Shown here: one piece after another, positions 53,190-64,000 of the stretch
Position numbering within the stretch: the first letter of the stretch is position 1
How the letters are laid out: every line of letters starts with the position of its first letter
From: Marsupella aquatica
Taxonomy: Eukaryota; Plantae; Marchantiophyta
DNA length: 64,000 nucleotides
Assembly (NCBI GenBank): GCA_973895155.1
Contig: OZ316892.1
Coordinates: 15,864,861-15,928,860 of the forward strand
Direction: 5' to 3'
Notes under the pieces: model-generated
Seen by the model: the letters and a program-made list of their open reading frames with translations, nothing else
Database searches by the model: none
What the model was told of the DNA's origin: nothing
Translations under genes and position numbers: made by a program

Positions 53190-54833
53190 TCATGGCAAAC
53201 TACAGATGCCATTTAGACTAAAGAATGCACCCGTCTTCTTTCAATGGGTGATGGATCAAGTACTAGAAGGTGTTGATTTACTCAAATGCTACATTGATGA
53301 TGTGTTAGTTCATAGCAAGGGTTTTGAGCAACACTTATTACATCTTGAAGAGTTGTTCAGGAGGCTGAGAAATGTTAATATGAAGATCCATCCCAAGAAG
53401 TGTGAGTTTGCTGTTACCTCAGTGGTTTACCTTGGGCATCGAATCATTCCAAATGGCACTATGGCTCATTGGGCTAAAGTGGTCTCTATTCTTGAGATGC
53501 CCAAGCCTACTGATACTCACACTTTGCGAAGCTTCATTGGTCTATGTAATTACTACAGAATTTTCATCTAGGACTTTAGCATCATTGCTCACCCATTGTA
53601 CATGTTGCTTAAGAAGGATGTTACCTGGAAATGGACTGAAGACACTCAGGTGGCATTTGAAACTTTGAAGGGAAAGTTATCAACTTACCCTGTTCTCAGA
53701 AGGCCTGATTTCAGCAAAACATTCATTTTGCATATAGATTGGAGTGCTCTAGGTATTGGTGCCATTCTGGGTCAATCTGATGGGGACGGGCGGGAGTATG
53801 TCATTGCTTATGCGTCTAGGAGCAATACCAAGGCTGAGAGCAACTACTCCTCTTATGAAAGCGAATGCTTGGCTGTTGTGTGGGCTGTCATACATTTCAG
53901 ACCCTACCTGTATGGCACTAAGTTCATGCTCTTTACCGATCACCAGCCACTGAAGTGGTTGATGACCAATGATAAGCTTACCGGCAAGCTAGCTCATTGG
54001 GCCCTCATTTTGCAAGAATATGAGTTTGAAGTTATTCATAGACCTGGAATTACTCACCAGAATGCTGACACCATGTCTCGCAGTCCTTTGATCACTTCAA
54101 CAATTTTTTTAGATGCACGACAAGATTTTGATCATGCTAGTCCTAGCTCTACACTTGGGGCCTCTGCCTATCTTGCCTTGCTTTGTTGCAACGTTGTTGA
54201 CCAACCAATTGTGGACATCTGGGAGGATTTGGACACTCTGAATTTCTTGCAGCATAGGCAGTACCCACCAGGCATGACCACTACTCAAAGGGATCAGATA
54301 CAACAATGGTCTAAGCGTTACATGTGGAAGGGAGATCACCTAGTCCGCTGTTTGCCACAAGGGGAGAGAGTGGTTCCACCAATTGCTGATAGGGCTGGCT
54401 TGGTCAGAAAAGTACATTCTGAACTTGGGCATTTTGGAATCAAGCGTACTTATAGTTTGATGGTTCCTCACTACCATTGGAAGGGGATGCATACTCAGAT
54501 TTGGGATATCATAGCTAGGTGTGAACAGACAGAGTAAGAACCTCATTCTCCTCTCGACAACCTATACTTCATCCACTCCCTATTCAGGGATTGTTTTACC
54601 GCTGGTCTTGTGATTTAGCTAGAGAATTACCTTTGACATCCAGGGGTAACCTCTATATAATGATCATGATTGAACACTTTTCTAAGTGGATTGAATTGGT
54701 TGCCTTGCCTGATAAGAGTTCACATAGCACTAGCCAAGCTTTTCTCCAGCAAGTGCTTAGCAGGTTTGGGGCTTGTGCAAAGTGCCTCACTGACCAGGGT
54801 TCTGAATTCAGAGGAGAATTTCAGGACCTACTT
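53190..54833 (+). pseudogene. Gypsy pol fragment: RT, RNase H, integrase N-half
   Basis: MPFRLKNAP, YIDDVL, DWS..GIGAIL, IAYASR, FTDHQPL, HSELGHFG, LTDQGSEF. Confidence 0.93.
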
Positions 54834-56550
54834 CCAACCGGTGGTCTGTTGGCCTGCATAATCTTACAGGTCTCCACATACCTGTGCACTTGGGACTCTA
54901 GGTGTCTCGGGTATCTACTCTCGATGGTGGCATTCCGGGGTGTTTGAGTAGATGAGGTGACAACTGCTACTAAGTTTGGATTGGATCTTAAGGCAATATC
55001 AACATCTTCAAATCCCTGCCTTGGGGATGACTCAAGAGAATTATCATAAGATCTATAAGTTTCACCATCTAAGGGTGGATCAGAGTCTTTAGGTAGATCT
55101 TCTCTGACGTAAGGGTGCTTATACTGTGACCGAGTGTAGGTGGGTCCTTCTGTGGGTACGTAGTTGGAATTTGGACTGTAAGGTCGTGAATCTGGGCTAA
55201 GAGTGGGACTAGCAGTTGGACATTGTTGGATCAAGTTGCTGACCACGAATGCTATCTGTCGAGGTTCACACTGAAGTATTTCCAGCAAGTCATCCACAAT
55301 GGCTACACAGCTGGTACTACCTGCTACCGGAACAAGTTCACTTGTTTCTAGGGAAGGGGGCTGTACAGGGGCAGGAGTACAGATCACGAACTCCATTGGT
55401 GCTGGTTCTCTTGGGGGAGAGGTCATTCTGACAAGACTTAGCTGATCATGAAATGGTGATCTCAAACTAACAACCTCCATTCTCAAATTACTAACAGCAT
55501 CATATAGTCCATCATCACTGCAACTGAGGAGAGATGTCAACTTATCAATAAGCTGTTGATTCGACTTTGTCTTCAAAGGAGTGGACCTGGTGGTCACATG
55601 AGGAATAGCATCAGTTGGTGTAGCAACATTGTCTTGTTGATGAATGCTCCTTACTCCTTCAGCTTCTAGTGAATCTGCACCTATGGTCCGACTGGGAGAA
55701 TGCTCATCACTCATTGGATGGTAATCAACTTCCCTGCTATGCATAGGAGAATGTGTAGGGACTTCTAATGAAGTATCCTCCATGGGAACATCAGCATTCT
55801 CCTCAACGTTCTGATCATTCGAATCCAATGGGGTGACATGTACAATGTCTTCCATGGGAATTTCTTCTTCAATACCCAGGTCAATCAGGAGTAACCCTCT
55901 CTCCATTCTCTCTTCAAAATGTAAACAATCATGGGTATAGTAGAGCTGAGACAAATAACTCTGCAAGCAAGTGGGTCTTCCTGCCTCCAGACACTTCAAT
56001 TGATCTTTCATAACATTAAAAATAAGGCCCAATTCACCTGGATAGCTCCACTGTGAGCAGCTACAATAGTATTTACCAGGGCTACAGGACAGAGGGTTGG
56101 CTTCTTTGGGTGAAGAATCGGCATTAAGAATTCTAAGAGAACTCTCAATTCAGGATAAGCACATTGTGTCAAATTCCAACCATTCTTGGTATTTCAAATT
56201 CCTTAGAAGTAAGGCGTGGATAAATCTTTCTTCTTAGAAAACAATACCTCTCCCTCTGATGAGCAGCCAAAGGCATAAGCAATCTGCTCAACTGTCCACA
56301 AACTCGGACGAGCTCGAATGGTCTGTCGAAATTCAATGGGGATAAGCGACCCCTTCACAAAGTCTTGTAAATAAGTATCGAGTTCCACATTCTAGGGGAT
56401 CTCCAGTAGACGCTTTAGTCCTAGCTGTTGTAAAGATGCCTGTAAATTAGCGCAGCTATCGGGCACCTGTGGAATTCGTGTTACTATATCCCCCGTGGAA
56501 TTGCTAGAGCTTCAACGCGGTACTGCTTGTCAACACCCAAGTCTGCCATA
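54834..56550 (-). pseudogene. Gypsy-associated accessory ORF, N-terminal part
   Basis: IRARPSLWT..LEFLMPILHPKKP..NTIVAA, homologous to 41724-42653. Confidence 0.62.
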
Positions 56551-56764
56551 GCTCAAATTCTACTCTGTGTGCTACGCGAAGATTTTTCTGGGTCAACTGA
56601 GGTGAGAGGTAAGGTGGAAGGATAGTTAGGAGTGAGCGCCCAGGTCCTGCATCGCCTCTCCTTCAAGGTGCGCTCCCCATCCCGTTGCGAAGTCCCGTTG
56701 GAGTTAGCCGTAGCACGTCACGATCACAGGTCTCATCGCAAACACTCAAGTCATAAGGAGTGAA

Positions 56765-56892
56765 CCCATATACCCGTAAAACTCTTAAACGTGTATACCC
56801 CTAAACTCGTAAACGTGTATACGCATAAACACATATACCCGTAAACCCATAAAGTTGTAAACCCGTCAACGCGTAATGTAGTTTACCCGTAA
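56765..56892. repeat. Degenerate short tandem repeat (TATACCCGTAAAC-like)
   Basis: About 8 variants visible. Confidence 0.7.
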
Positions 56893-57074
56893 CTTAGGCA
56901 GAGTTTAATTGGAGTGCAGTTTACTCTATAGTTATCAGCAAGTATAGTTTGAATACTTCGAAAATTTAAAAAAATTATGTTTTCTTCATGCCTTTGGAAT
57001 TATTGACTACTTACAGCATCACCAGCCATTCCCACAATCGATTGCTCCCATAAAAAGCTGTCTTCTTACGGTCC

Positions 57075-57216
57075 TCAGCCCGAATAATGATCTCCCTCGT
57101 CATTGGTTGCGAAGGTTGCCAGATATTGTTCCATCCAATCATCCACATCTTGACTACCATCTCCCCGGGCATCTCCCCTGAATCTAGTGTACTTGATTCG
57201 GAAGGAGGGAGGCATC
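57075..57216 (-). pseudogene. Retrotransposon gag N-terminal fragment
   Basis: KYTRFRGD..QDVDDWMEQY. Confidence 0.55.
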
Positions 57217-58454
57217 TTGACTGGAATTACAAGGATATGAGTGATCTGAACTAGTACAGCAGCTACAGTCGGTGCAGGTCTGGTCCACTTCACCAAAGCG
57301 TCCCTCAGTGAAGCTCTCCCTTCCTCCTCGTGATCTGCAACAGTCTGTTCATCCATCTTCCCAAGCAAAGATATTGCTATGGAAGAGCTTAGGGTGGGAC
57401 CACAAGCGGAAGATGGATGAACAGACCCCACCTCTATCTTCCAAGAGGCTGGAGAGCTTTCTCCATTTCAAAACAACAAACTACAACGACAAAACAACAA
57501 GACCTAACTCTCCACAAGGGCCCCCTCCTCATGAGAATGCCAAATTTACTAAAGTTCTTTACACAAGGTGACCAGGGAAAACTTGTAAGAAATCACCCTA
57601 CTAAAAGCTCACTGGAACAAACCATGTTGTTGGGGTCACATCAGCTCCTTCTACCATCAATTGGTTTGCAAGATGAAACTAGGGGTTGAGCCATTGGTCC
57701 CGACTGCAACCTGGGCAATCTCAAGTACCCAAGTTTCAGTAGCTTTTGGCCACATCAATACTTTTTGTCACCTCCCAGCTCTGAAGTTCAGATTGTGACT
57801 CCTGGGGGTGTTTACTACCTTTGGCCAACAGAACAGCCAAATCAGGACAGCAAAACACACATGGCAAGAAGGTTGCACTTCCAGATTTATTAAAGTACTC
57901 CAAACACAACCACCAGGGAAAATTTGTAATTGCTTTGCCAAAAGCCCACAGCTAGAGACACCAAAGCACCATAAGGAATCTCCAATACGCTATCAAGATA
58001 TACTGCCTGAACCAGGGAAAACTTGAAATCACAACACAATATTCTCTCCTCATTGAATCTCCAGAAAATCAACCAGATTGGGTACAAGGTAACATTTAGA
58101 TACTCGATCTCTCTAAAGCTCAGTTTTCATGTAACATCATAAATTCTCCTGGTACAAATGGAACCTCTGTCCAGGGTCCTTATCCTCATTTCTCTACAAC
58201 TATTCATTCTGGGATCAGATGCTTGTTGATCTTAGTTTCCACTCCATGTGGGTAAGTTTTCACTTAAGCAACAAGGCATCTGTCCTCAACACAAGAACTA
58301 TAATTCTTAAATACTCTTCAACCACTCCAATCCACTCCAATCCAAACTTCACCATGGGTTGAGTGCTTCCCTCTCTTACTAGCTCTTAATCAAGCTTCTA
58401 ATCTCCATTCAAACTCTGGTCCACTAATTCAAATCATATAATCAAATTTTGCAC

Positions 58455-59170
58455 AGAAAAACTAGAAGTTGTAAACCTCCTTCCGGAATCTGATTTTTCT
58501 CTCACCAACCAGACCTTGGTTGGTGCTCATACTTTGTCAAAAGGTGCGCCTACTTCCTTTCTACCTCCACACCAAATTTGAGCCAATTTGGTTGAGCAAA
58601 TGTTGCTCTAGAAAATATTTACCATTGTTGATTTTCTCTATCATTCGTTTTCCGCGAATTTCAACTTCAGCAACTTGCGATTGGAACTCCTAACTCCATT
58701 TTGACCTTCCCTTTCAACCTACTACCTTCTATCTCATGTACTTCACAATCACAACTAATCACCGTCACCATCTTCCCACCAATCAATTGATTACAACAAC
58801 ATTTGTTTGCTTGAAGATGTGGACTCAGATTTGCAGCAAAAGCTAGAAAGCTGTAGACCCCCTTCAGCATCTGATTTTTCTCTCACTAACCAGACCTCGG
58901 TTGATGCTCATATTTTTCCAAGAAGGTGCGCCTACTTCCCTTCTACCTTCACACCAAATTTCAGCCAATTAGGTCAAGCAAATGTGGCTCCAAAAAATAT
59001 TTGGTGTCGCTGAGTTTTCTTACAATTCGTTTTCCGCAAATTTCAACTTCGACGACTTGTAATTTGACATTATTTCTCCAATTCGACTTGTCTTTCCAAG
59101 CCACAACTACTTCACTTTGTTGTCTACAATTGATGACCACCTAATTCACCGTATCTCATCAATCAATTGT
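58455..59170. repeat. Diverged ~380-bp tandem duplication
   Basis: ATCTGATTTTTCTCTCAC.AACCAGACCT.GGTTG.TGCTCATA at ~58488 and ~58869. Confidence 0.8.
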
Positions 59171-59199
59171 TGATAGAGTCTTCACTCCTACCTAATTCC

Positions 59200-59905
59200 A
59201 TGCCTCAATCAGGCTGATCACCGACTAGGGCCTAAAGCTTTGAGTTTTTAGGTGGAAAGTGTTGAAAAAGTAATCTTGGCCGTCTAAAGTCGGGAGTTGA
59301 CGTCCTTGACGTCCTAAACGTCTTCCGGTCGGGACGTCCAAGTCCACAAAACCTTCAAAGTATCTCCCAAAACTATTTTTAACTCTTTAACCTGATCTCC
59401 AAAAGTGCTAAAAGTTTTTCATCTCATTCTACTACGTATAATCTCCACTCTGCCAGATTTTCATACTTTTTGGACTAATCTAAGTCTACCAATAAATACT
59501 TAAAGATACCAATTTAGTATAAAGTTGCAAAAACAGAAAATTATTTTTAAGTGTCAAAAAACCAAAGTGTTAATATGCAAAACAAAAATGACCCTAACTT
59601 CCTAACGACATGTTCGTTTTGCCTGACATTTTTTTTGGGTAAATTTCTCTATGTAAAATCTATCTAATCATCAAAAATTTAGAATTTTCATGACCTACAA
59701 AGATTTGATTAAAATATTGCAAAATGCTATTTTACCTTAAAACTTTCACTATTAACTTCTCACTCAATCTTCTAGGTTCAAATTTGACCAAGGCCTAAAA
59801 CCTTCAACTACACTGAAATTACACACAAAGAGGTAACTATAAATCTTAATAAGCTCAAAAATTAACTAACAACCTCGTGTGACACATTTAAGGGGGCGCA
59901 CATCA
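59200..59905 (-). mobile_element. Probable 5' part of a Gypsy LTR
   Basis: Minus strand begins TGATGTGCGCCCCC at 59905; other end not found. Confidence 0.4.
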
Positions 59906-59999
59906 GTAGTGGTGTTGTGTACTTTTCATGAGGGACATGGGAATCTTCAACTTTGCCTTGTGGAATGTTTGTGGTCTCTATGACCCTGATAAGAACATG

Positions 60000-60280
60000 G
60001 TCCTTAAATGAGTTTCTTCTATTCGCCCTCCCCTTGATGCTCTTGCCCTACAGGAAATGAAAGCTAACTCCTTTCAAGTGGATAATGCTCTCCACACTAT
60101 CATCCCCTCTTACCAACATTATTACTCTGCCCCAGCGGCGGGCAGTGGTGGTGCTGCCATTTTGGCTGGGGCATGGGAATGAACCTTCCAAGTTCTACTT
60201 TGCAATGGTGAAATCCAAATGCTCACGTGAGAATATATAATTTCTTATCACCAAGGATGGTTCTGAGATCTAGGAGGAGA
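60000..60280 (+). pseudogene. Degraded L1-type ORF2 fragment
   Basis: WLGHGNEPSKFYFAMVKSK. Confidence 0.55.
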
Positions 60281-60779
60281 AATTGGTAATACACACACTA
60301 CTTTGGAAGAAGTGCAAATGGTTCAAGATGAATCTTGTGGGCCACAATTGTACGTGTGAAGATGATGCGTGCAAATTTACTCGATTGAAGACAATTGCAA
60401 ATAGTGTTATCAACTAAAATTGGAAGTATTCAGATCCCTTTGCATTCCCACATCACTTTGAGCAATGTTTTTACCTACCTTATCTGGATGACTCAAATTA
60501 ATTCATTGTGATGGGCCATATATTCCTTGATCACAGTCCATAGTCTAGGAAAGACCCAACGTAGTTGTAGTAGTGGAAGATGATGACACCCCCTCCACCA
60601 CTTAGCTAGTAAGTAGTAAGTATAGCTAGCCCCCTACCATATTTGTGTTTATTTGATCAATATTATATATTTCTTGACATTACATTTGTTTCTTAGTGTC
60701 TACTCTTGCATAAAACATATTCCTCAAAGTATACCTAATAGTTCTTTTAATCCCACTCAACTAAGAACTTCTAGAAATA

Positions 60780-61354
60780 CAATGTCCAATGGTCTATCCC
60801 ATAGAACCGACATTGGATATGCATCTCACCTCAATAGGCTCAAAGCAGAAAATTTCCAATATCCAACGTAACGGACAATCAACAATCCTCAACATCCGTT
60901 ATCCCCAAGATCAGACCCCTTGTACAATGTTGTCCCAAAGAGGGGTCTGATATCTCAAGCTTTGGACCATTTCCGATGCCTACACTAACGCAAACCAATT
61001 CCATAGGCTTCTATAACGCAAACCAATGTCCCTTGTAACCAATATTGGACCCGGGATCGAAACATGTCTGATGTTCTTTGTGACGCACAACATATCCGAT
61101 GATACAAACATCGGACCCATGTTACTAATTTTCCGCTTGAGTTTGCGATTTGTTTTGGTTCAGAATGTTTCCAAAGCAATTTTTATGGGATATGTGTTGC
61201 AACGTGGAAACCATTGGTATAACAATATCCAATAAATATAGACATCAAAATGTACAAAGATGTTTGTATTGGACACCATCTGATTCTCTCGGCTTTGGAC
61301 ACGTCAAAATAGCCACATTTTGAGTATCAGAAACACACCAAAATTGTACTAGTG
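60780..61354 (+). mobile_element. CACTA right terminus
   Basis: CCAAAATTGTACTAGTG ending at 61354, preceded by TCCGAT/ATCGGA/ATTGGA motifs. Confidence 0.65.
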
Positions 61355-62039
61355 GTTGGATGTGGGCCTAACTCAGGCTAATTTTGCTCATTCATAAATG
61401 AAAAAGAATGACATTGTGGTAGATAGAAATAGTAAAGTATATATTAGAAAAAACTATAATACAAGATTTTGTCTTTTAACTGCGTGGTAGTCATTCAAAT
61501 TTGCAGAATCTAGAGGAACTTAGTTGAGAAGGAAAAAATTAACAAAGAGAAACAAAGCACGGCAAAAAACTGAGGAAGAGGAAGAATCCATTTTGATCCT
61601 TCCGTGTTTGCTCTCCATTATAGTACAGTCCCCAATTCCCTTGGATCACCCCATTGTCCTTGCCAATACATTCCCTGGCTTAATGTCTTTGCCAATACAA
61701 TCCTTGGCAATAGTGTCCGTGCCAGTGGGATCAGTCCTTCTCTATACAATAATGACCCATGCCCCAATGTACATTGGTTCAATCCAAGAGCAAACTCCAT
61801 AAGTGCCAAATTTGGTTTAGTACAAGGCATCCTATTCTTCCTTCTCATTTTACCCAAAGGTTGCATTTTTTCCACCTTTTTGTAAACACAAACATGCCTG
61901 AAATTCTTTAGCTAAATGAGAACTTTATAACTGAAAAACCCTTGATAAGTGCATTTATACTCAAACTAAGAAGGTTGTACACTTATCAGTAAGCACATAA
62001 TCCCATGAGATGATAAGTGCACACCCTTTCTTAGTAGAG

Positions 62040-64000
62040 GAAAAGATGCACTTATGGAGTTGGACACCAAATTTAGGGCAAAGATTTAAATTTTGTGTGC
62101 CATTCCTAAGAAGGAATTTAGATAACTCCTCATGGCTCATATGCGGGGACTGGAACATGATTGAGAGGTGGGACGTTGCGGTTGGATCCAGTGCTCTCAT
62201 ACACGGCATGGAAGCTAGAAAATGGCACAAGTTGGTGGAGCATCTGGACCTTGTTGATAATTACCTTTGCGCTGGGGCACAAATGGGACCCAAGTACACC
62301 CGACAATCTACTCACGCCCACAGGCTTGACCAATCCAGACTTGGATCAATCATACAACAGCAATAGCAATGATTGGTGTGAGTTTGTAAGAAGTTGCAAA
62401 CACGATGGGAAGGAAACTCTCTCAGATCACATCTATGTTCTCACCACCTTTGTTCTTAAGCTTAGGGAGCCCACCGGGCCACAGAGAAAGTCAACATACT
62501 TCAAAATGGATGCCTCCTTGATTGATTCCCAGGAAATTGAGCTATTAGTGTGTGCAGCATGGGCTGAGCAAATGACCAAGACAAGGGACCCTTGGGTGAA
62601 TTGGGACCTTGCTTGGGGTGTGGTCAAAAAGCCTACAAGGTGAAACTCGCAAGAGAGAAGATCAAAGGAAGTTTTCACACATAGGGAATTATCTGCAAGA
62701 GCTTCGTATTGCTGCGGGCACAACACAGAGCGGGGACCTCATACAGAAGCTGCAACGAGAAGAAGAGAGGACACAACAACAAGGGCTAGAGGAAGCAAGG
62801 AGATTGAAGATGAGGAGTCGGGCTCGATGGCTACAACTTGGCGAGGCCCCGACCAAGTATTTCTTCAATTAGCTTAGGCCAAACACGCCCGTGAAAGCAT
62901 CAAGACATTGAAGATGTCTAATGGGGAATTGTGCGAGGATGAGGACCTAATCTTATAGGAAATCTCTAAATTTTACACGGGGCTGTATCAAAAAGACAAA
63001 GTTGTGCAAGACCACCTGGAACTGCAAGGGGATGTGCTCGATCTCATTACTGCAAAGGTTAATGGGGAAGACAACACAGCGCTGAGATGTCCACCTAGAG
63101 AGGAGGAAATTGAAAAGGTAATTAGTGAACTTCCTAAAGAAAAAGCTCCAAAAATCAATGGCATCACTGCTGAAGTACTACAAAAAGGGTGGGATTTCAT
63201 GAAACCGGCATGCCTGGCCATGATACATGCTTTCTGGGTGGATGACAAACTCACCTTGAAGGCCACTGCCGATGTCATCAAGCTGATCCCAAGATCAGGA
63301 GGTCACTGAGCTCAGCAATTGGAAGCCGCTGACCATGCTCACACTCACAGAAAAGATCATCGCCAAACTACTTGCCAATCGAATGAAGAAAGTAGTCAGT
63401 AAGTTGGTCGACCCTCAGCAGACAGGATTCCTTGAAGGGCGTGATATCCTTGATAATTTGATGACCCTGGATATGGGTAGAGAAATGGCCAATCGTTCCA
63501 AGCAAGAAATTATTTTCCTTAAACTAGATTTTGCAAAAGCTTACGATAGGGTAGCACATTCTTTTCTTTGGGCCATCATGAAAGCCATGAATGTTGATGA
63601 TAAGGTCATTAGCTTGACTCAGGGTTTGGTGATTGATATGCAATCCAAGGTCCACATTAACAGGCATTTCACCGGACCTATCATGCTTGGCAGGGGAGTA
63701 CGACAGGGATGCCCCCTGTCCTTGATTCTTTTCACTCTGACAACTCAACCCTTGATGCTGCTGCTTAAGAAGTGACTGGATGCAGGACAACTGAAAGGGA
63801 TGGCCCTGCCAGATGGGAGCAAGCTTTGCAACCAGTTATTTGCTAACGATACAGGCCTTTTTCTAACAGCTACTGAAGAAGAGTTCAATACTGCATGCGA
63901 CACTATTCTTTTGTACGAGAAGATCTCTGGGGCCATGTTGAACATTCATAAATCCCGGATTGTTCCCCTATACCTTGTAGGGGAAGTTTATCCGGACTGG
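62040..64000 (+). pseudogene. L1-clade LINE ORF2 (APE + RT), frameshifted, runs off the window
   Basis: WLICGDWNM, LSDH, RARWLQLGEAPTKYFF, QTGFLEGRDILDN, KLDFAKAYDRV, GVRQGCPLS. Confidence 0.9.

Overview
Eukaryotic plant DNA, probably from a non-seed plant such as a liverwort (inferred from the TE families). It holds one intact 10-exon host gene (3852-8073, minus strand, DUF3727-like plastid protein) next to a nest of about 55 kb of transposons: Copia, several Gypsy elements, CACTA, a P-like transposase, L1, and five young copies of an RTEX-like LINE. The LINE is the most unusual object. It has a 5' array of structured 181-bp monomers and a 78-nt GT-AG intron just before ORF1, which is kept in one copy and precisely spliced out in another. 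ORF1 and ORF2 are in one frame separated by a single TGA, and the 3' end is a stem-loop plus a (TTACCA)n tail. A short partner element with the same stem-loop but a (TTTGAC)n tail is repeatedly fused to it. The nest also shows a 3.5-kb inversion that splits two ORFs, a PHD-bearing Gypsy integrase, two large inverted duplications, and matching CACTA ends that may enclose the whole nest. All family assignments come from motif recognition by eye; no database search was run, and misassembly cannot be excluded for the rearrangements.
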